Of a DNA stretch of 64,000 bases, positions 61,039 through 64,000 are shown in pieces. The translations under genes and the position numbers were made by a program. The stretch is from a virus. The notes beneath the pieces were generated by a model, which saw only the letters and a program-made list of their open reading frames with translations, searched no databases and had not been told where the DNA came from. Where the stretch lies: IMG/VR virus record IMGVR_UViG_3300033146_001759, positions 8,958-72,957 of that record. One strand, given 5' to 3'. Every line of letters begins with the position of its first letter. Within the stretch, counting starts at the first letter, position 1.

Positions 61039-61608
61039 ATGCAATATATTAAAGAATATAATAATTTCATTAGTAACTTTAAAAGGTGGTTTTCTGAATC
61101 TAAGGTTGTCGATGAAAATAATAAACCATTAATAGTATATCATGGTACATCAAAAGATTTTGATATTTTTAATACAAATAATCAAATTTTTAAAGCTTCA
61201 CAATTGGGTTATTATTTTACCAATGCTCCAACATATTCATTTGGAAATAAATATAAAAAATTTGTACCAGGATCAACAGCATCTGAATATGCTTTTAACT
61301 CTCAAGAAAAAGGATATAATGAATTAGATGGTGCAAATGTAATACCAGTATATCTCTCTATACAAAAACCATTATATATTGATGCTAATGGTTGGTATTC
61401 TGACATAACTGCATTAGATAAACAAGCTTCAGATATTAAACGGTGGTTAAAAGATGGAGATTATGATGGAATAATTAGTAGATATACTGACAAAAATAGT
61501 GATGATTATATTGAAAATACTACATATGTTGTATTTAATAAAAATCAAATAAAATCAGCTATTGGAAATAATGGTAAATATTCTAAAAACGATTCAATAA
61601 TAGAATAG
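61039..61608 (+). CDS. ADP-ribosyltransferase-like protein (polyvalent-protein ART type) with CTS-like N-terminus
   Basis: FKRWFSESKVVDENNKPLIVYHGT, GYYFT, ASEYA, PVYLSIQKP, YDGII and YVVFNKNQIKSAIGNNG. Confidence 0.75.
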   Translation: MQYIKEYNNFISNFKRWFSESKVVDENNKPLIVYHGTSKDFDIFNTNNQIFKASQLGYYFTNAPTYSFGNKYKKFVPGSTASEYAFNSQEKGYNELDGANVIPVYLSIQKPLYIDANGWYSDITALDKQASDIKRWLKDGDYDGIISRYTDKNSDDYIENTTYVVFNKNQIKSAIGNNGKYSKNDSIIE

Positions 61609-61641
61609 AATATATATATTATAAAAAATAAGAAACACACT

Positions 61642-63177
61642 ATGTTACAAATAAACAATAAAAGACTAAAAACAAACTCAATGTCAAACAAATTAAATTT
61701 CGGTAAAATGATATTTGAAGTATCAATCACAAATATAAATTATAATATATTTGATTTAAAATTAAGTAATGGTTTAAATTATAATTGTATAATAGATTGG
61801 GGAGATGGTGATAAAGATAATATAATTCAAATAGGTACTGATAATATCATACAACACACCTATGGAAATATCGGTAATTATATAATTAAAATTAGTGGCG
61901 AGTTTCCTGGTGTTGATTTTAATAATAATGTAGGTAATGCAATTAGAGATAATAATCTATCAAAATTAATAACTAAAATACATTCGTGGGGGAAAAATGA
62001 AATAACTAAAATAGTATGTACATTTTCAACTGGATTAATAACTTTACCGAATGAAAGTGGTGCATTAATTAATGTTGAAAGTTTTGCTGATTCATTTTGG
62101 AATTGTACATCATTAAAAAGAGTTCCAAATGGAATATTTAATGGTAATATAATCGCCTCAGCATATGATTGGGTTTTTCAAGACTGTACATCATTAGAAT
62201 ATATTCCAGATAATTTATTTCACGGTAAATCATCTGCTACCATTGAGGGTGTTTTTTATGGTTGTTCAAGTTTAAAATATATCCCAGAAAACATATTTAA
62301 AAATTTAACGAATATAACATCAATTCAATGGATTTTTAATGGTTGTTCTGAAATAACTTCCATACCAGAAAACATATTTAAATATAATATAAATATTATC
62401 TATGGTAGAGCAGCATTTAGATATTGTTCAAATTTAAAATATATCCCAGAAAACCTATTTACATTCAACACTAATTTATCAGATTTAACACAATTATTTC
62501 AATCTAATAGTATAATATCTATCCCAGAAAACTTATTTAAATATAATACACAATTAATAAATATGAGATATGCTTTTGATCAATCAAGCAAATTAACATC
62601 TATCCCAGAAAACTTATTTAAATATAATACTGAAATAACCACATTTTGGGCTGTTTTTTATGCATCAACATTAATAACATCTATCCCAGAAAACTTATTT
62701 AAATATAATACCAAAGTAACTGATTTTAGATCTGTGTTTGGTAAATTATTTATATTAGAAAGCATACCAGAAAATATATTTAAATATAATACTCTTGCGA
62801 CAGCATTTGATAATGCATTTCAAGATTGTCATGAAATCACATCAATCCCACCAAATATATTTTTAAATAATACCAATATACAAACTATATCAGCTTTATT
62901 TTTGACGTGTACAAAATTAACAACTATTCCATACACATTATTTGATAATAATTTATCTATAACAACATTTGATGCAGTATTTAGAGATTGTACTAATTTA
63001 ACCGGAGTAGTTAAAAAATATTGGGATGATTCAATCTGGACTAATATTACAACACATATAAACACATTTACTAATACTGGAGCATTAGCATCAAATGGTG
63101 CAACAATCCCAACAACTTGGGGTGGTACATGTAATTGTAATGGTGATTGTTCAACTAACTGTAATGGAGATGGATAA
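61642..63177 (+). CDS. PKD-like plus BspA-type leucine-rich repeat protein (putative adhesin or fibre)
   Basis: IIDWGDG..HTY and more than 10 repeats of about 25 aa, SIPENLFKYNT; Cys-rich tail; paralog of 22081..23022. Confidence 0.8.
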   Translation: MLQINNKRLKTNSMSNKLNFGKMIFEVSITNINYNIFDLKLSNGLNYNCIIDWGDGDKDNIIQIGTDNIIQHTYGNIGNYIIKISGEFPGVDFNNNVGNAIRDNNLSKLITKIHSWGKNEITKIVCTFSTGLITLPNESGALINVESFADSFWNCTSLKRVPNGIFNGNIIASAYDWVFQDCTSLEYIPDNLFHGKSSATIEGVFYGCSSLKYIPENIFKNLTNITSIQWIFNGCSEITSIPENIFKYNINIIYGRAAFRYCSNLKYIPENLFTFNTNLSDLTQLFQSNSIISIPENLFKYNTQLINMRYAFDQSSKLTSIPENLFKYNTEITTFWAVFYASTLITSIPENLFKYNTKVTDFRSVFGKLFILESIPENIFKYNTLATAFDNAFQDCHEITSIPPNIFLNNTNIQTISALFLTCTKLTTIPYTLFDNNLSITTFDAVFRDCTNLTGVVKKYWDDSIWTNITTHINTFTNTGALASNGATIPTTWGGTCNCNGDCSTNCNGDG

Positions 63178-63178
63178 A

Positions 63179-63490
63179 TTATTGATTATAGAAATCCCAA
63201 CCATCACCAACTTTAAATGCAATTGTACTTGCAAGAGTACGTTCTAAATCACTAATATTCATATATTTTATAATACAATTATTATCATAATTTATATTGT
63301 TTTCATTCGTTAATTGTACAGAAAAATATTCTTGTATAATATTATAACTAATAACATATTTACCTCGTCTAGCAATATATTCATATCCACCCATAAGCAT
63401 CGGTTCAAGAGTTTCGTGTCTATCTATAATACTAAATCCAGCTTCGTGTAATAGACCAATAGCTAACTTTTTTTTCAATTCTATTTCCAC
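63179..63490 (-). CDS. hypothetical protein
   Basis: 103 aa ORF. Confidence 0.6.
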   Translation of the reverse strand: MEIELKKKLAIGLLHEAGFSIIDRHETLEPMLMGGYEYIARRGKYVISYNIIQEYFSVQLTNENNINYDNNCIIKYMNISDLERTLASTIAFKVGDGWDFYNQ

Positions 63491-63492
63491 AT

Positions 63493-63696
63493 TTAATTTT
63501 TTAATTCAACTTTATATCTATCATCAAAATTAAACCAACACCCACCAAGTCTTATTTGACCATTGTATATTAGTGCAATATCTCCGACATTCCAATATTT
63601 TTCATTAATTGGTGCTTTTTCCACTATTACATAAGCATGAAAATCATTAGAAAAAATCATATTAACATCTTTTTTATTTTTATAATTTAGTCCCAT
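63493..63696 (-). CDS. hypothetical protein
   Basis: 67 aa ORF. Confidence 0.55.
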   Translation of the reverse strand: MGLNYKNKKDVNMIFSNDFHAYVIVEKAPINEKYWNVGDIALIYNGQIRLGGCWFNFDDRYKVELKN

Positions 63697-64000
63697 TTTA
63701 TTATATTTTTTTATATAATTTATTAATCTTTAACAATTTTATCACCAAACATATCAAATGCATATCCACGTTCTTCAATCATTTTTAAAGTTTGTTTTTT
63801 TATAGATATTAATGTTCTCTTTATTATTGGTATTGCATCAGAATCAATTTCTTCATTGATACTTTTTAACCATTTTGATAATTTTATTTCCATGTTATTT
63901 TATTTTATTATTGATTCATATATAACCCACCCCATATTTTTTGATGGGTACGTTTTAAAATTATCATAATTTAACCAACCTCTTAATAAAATTGATGTGA

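Overview
This very AT-rich window looks like part of a jumbo T4-related myophage genome read in the standard genetic code. The host is probably Bacteroidota, since about 14 copies of the TAnnTTTG -7 promoter element precede non-structural genes. Structural genes include the tail sheath, major capsid protein, a prohead protease-scaffold fusion, portal, gp2- and gp4-like proteins and a gp55-like late sigma factor. Replication genes include the N-terminal half of a split PolB, a probable sliding clamp, a short NAD-dependent ligase and a C5 methylase. Host-like auxiliary genes include thioredoxin, an M16 peptidase, NadD, SmpB, ClpP, GrpE and an RNA ligase next to a phosphoesterase. The main unannotated signals are: (1) about 19 genes whose products start with a motif resembling the T4 internal-protein capsid-targeting sequence, including about 5 ADP-ribosyltransferase-like proteins and several ankyrin proteins; (2) a shared C-terminal FNI-stop motif whose codons usually also spell the putative late promoter; (3) a second shared tag, R-x-x-K-(L/I)-(K/R)-(T/S)-I-L, on a separate set of small proteins; (4) a minimal RNase P RNA of about 245 nt; (5) a promoter-linked multi-hairpin ncRNA candidate ending in a tRNA-like T-arm; and (6) an atypical tRNA with a CAT anticodon. 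All product calls come from motifs recognised by eye, with no database searches.
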